Assembly (NCBI RefSeq): GCF_037042905.1
Contig: NC_087251.1
Coordinates: 44,580,001 to 44,644,000 of the forward strand
Source: Lytechinus pictus
Lineage: Eukaryota
Direction: 5' to 3'
DNA: 64,000 bases
The notes under the pieces were generated by a model, which ran no database searches, was not told where the DNA came from, and was given only the letters and a program-made list of their open reading frames with translations. Made by a program: the position numbers and the translations under genes. This document shows positions 63,101-64,000 of the stretch, in pieces. Position 1 is the stretch's first letter; every line of letters starts with the position of its first letter.

Positions 63101-63737
63101 ATAGAAAATTGCCTATGTTTTAAAGTTCATTCAAGTTTAAATGTATGTGGTAATTGGGTACCCTGAAAATATTGTAGCATAGTGAGTAGTACCGGTACCT
63201 TGACATGTATTGCTTAGTTCGATTGTAAGGGGTTTTATATTTGGAGAAGTATTTTGAGGAGTACGTCAGTTCGCTGGGAGCTGCGATGATGTGCAGTTGT
63301 AAGATGTAAAGTGAATAAAAATAAAAGTCTTCATCAAAGATCTCCCATGTTGTGTCCTTTGTGGTGGTGTGAGCGAGTGATCTGATATGATTTCAGAGGA
63401 ATGAGAGAGACAGAGAACGATCTCACGTTGCAGAGTGTTTTTGTCAGAGAATCTGCCGAAAATGAGATGCATGAGTAATGAGAAGCGTGGACAAAGTGAA
63501 TAAAGAGGTATTAGGCTCTACATATGAAAGTATAATTATATATCCCTTTTTCAATCCACCAGGCCTGCTATAGATGCGGCAAGAAGTTTGACGAGACGGA
63601 GAAGTTACATCACTGCAGGGAATGCGGGGAGGGATTCTGTGACGAGTGCTCACAGCATCAGCTACCGGTCCCGGAGAGAGGATGGGGACCCAAGCCTGTC
63701 AGGGTCTGTGATGGATGCTATCAAAAGAAGACATCGG
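48199..63737 (+). CDS. ZFYVE1: Zinc finger FYVE domain-containing protein 1 (DFCP1); first 8 coding exons, gene continues off the right edge
   Basis: Exons 48199-49551, 52492-52996, 56928-57160, 58086-58292, 60296-60393, 60839-60956, 61863-62033 and 63563-63737, all GT-AG and in phase. Features are N-terminal B-box-like Cys/His modules, the P-loop SIFGNTGDGKSHTLNHTFF, DTEG, FPDEYFTCS, YRSRQYWYGNQ, and the first FYVE domain (WRPN...HHCRECGEGFCDECS...VRVCDGC). Confidence 0.97.
50213..50772. mobile_element. Intact TTAA-target (Kolobok-like) MITE
   Basis: TTAA|AGGAGAATGAAACCTTTGG...CCAAAGGTTACATTCCCCT|TTAA with ~170-bp imperfect arms. Confidence 0.88.
51124..51867. mobile_element. Degenerate TTAA-target MITE
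   Basis: TTAA|AGGGATGCTCTGGGCTGAAAAT...ATTTTCAGCCTGGAATACCCCT. Confidence 0.6.
53141..53293 (+). repeat. (GAT/GGT)n trinucleotide microsatellite, intronic
   Basis: Read directly from the sequence; it explains the poly-D/M ORFs at 53120-53440. Confidence 0.95.
54812..54979. mobile_element. PIF/Harbinger-like MITE
   Basis: CAG|GGGACCGTTTCATGAAGTTGTCA...TGACAACTTTCATGAAACACCCC...CTG. Relatives occur at ~20030-20160 and ~31655-31895. Confidence 0.7.
55501..56179 (+). mobile_element. Solo LTR (Gypsy-like, 4-bp TSD)
   Basis: AAGC|TGTCA...CTAACA|AAGC, with a TATA-like TTTATAT at ~55679, a CpG-rich middle and AATAAA at 56068. Confidence 0.7.
59397..59725. mobile_element. Two abutting PIF/Harbinger-like MITEs (59397-59563 and 59567-59725) sharing a CTG target
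   Basis: The first matches 41367-41537. The second reads CTG|GGCCCTGCTTCATAAA...TTTATGCAACAGGGCC|CTG. Confidence 0.8.
61440..61648. mobile_element. PIF/Harbinger-like MITE
   Basis: TIR GGGGGTTTTTCACAAAGATTTAAGTATGACTTA / TAAGTCATACTTAAATCTTTGTGAAACACCCCC. Confidence 0.8.
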
Positions 63738-64000
63738 GTAGGAGCTTTTACTATTCATAATACATGCGGGCAAATTGCGCCCTTAATGTGGCGTCAATCC
63801 TTCGTGTTAATCCTGAGAGATTGGTTGACCACCGTTGGTTGACCGCACCATGTATTAATCACCACCCTTGTTTCTCTTGCAAAGTTATCACAAACCTCAT
63901 TTAAACGATACAGTTCTGCGGGGATGACTTGGCATATGCTCCTGCGACATTTGCTCTGGTCCTGATGTCTCAGTATCTCAGCAGGCATAGGGTTAAAGTT

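Overview
AT-rich, intron-containing animal genomic DNA. The repeat landscape suggests a sea urchin or another marine invertebrate (inference). I reconstructed four protein-coding genes from splice sites and reading-frame continuity. (1) The 5' part of an uncharacterised, probably mitochondrial single-pass membrane protein (minus, <387-1578). (2) A divergently transcribed 6-exon, 245-aa coiled-coil protein that the ORF track does not capture (plus, 2002-19973), with a weak Spc24-like C-terminus. (3) A complete 17-exon RTF1 (minus, 31914-43825). (4) The first 8 coding exons of ZFYVE1/DFCP1 (plus, 48199->63737). The most striking structure is an 11-kb foldback-type DNA transposon (2239-13272, perfect 9-bp TSD) in intron 1 of gene 2. 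Its long inverted arms are built of ~203-214-bp tandem units (about 6 left, about 12 right). It encloses a five-level stack of nested non-autonomous transposons, each with recognisable ends. The window also holds a head-to-tail dimeric element with an 8-bp TSD, a decayed BEL/Pao LTR retrotransposon (21331-26514), a solo LTR, SINE/LINE fragments and many MITEs. All coordinates were read by eye and no database search was run.
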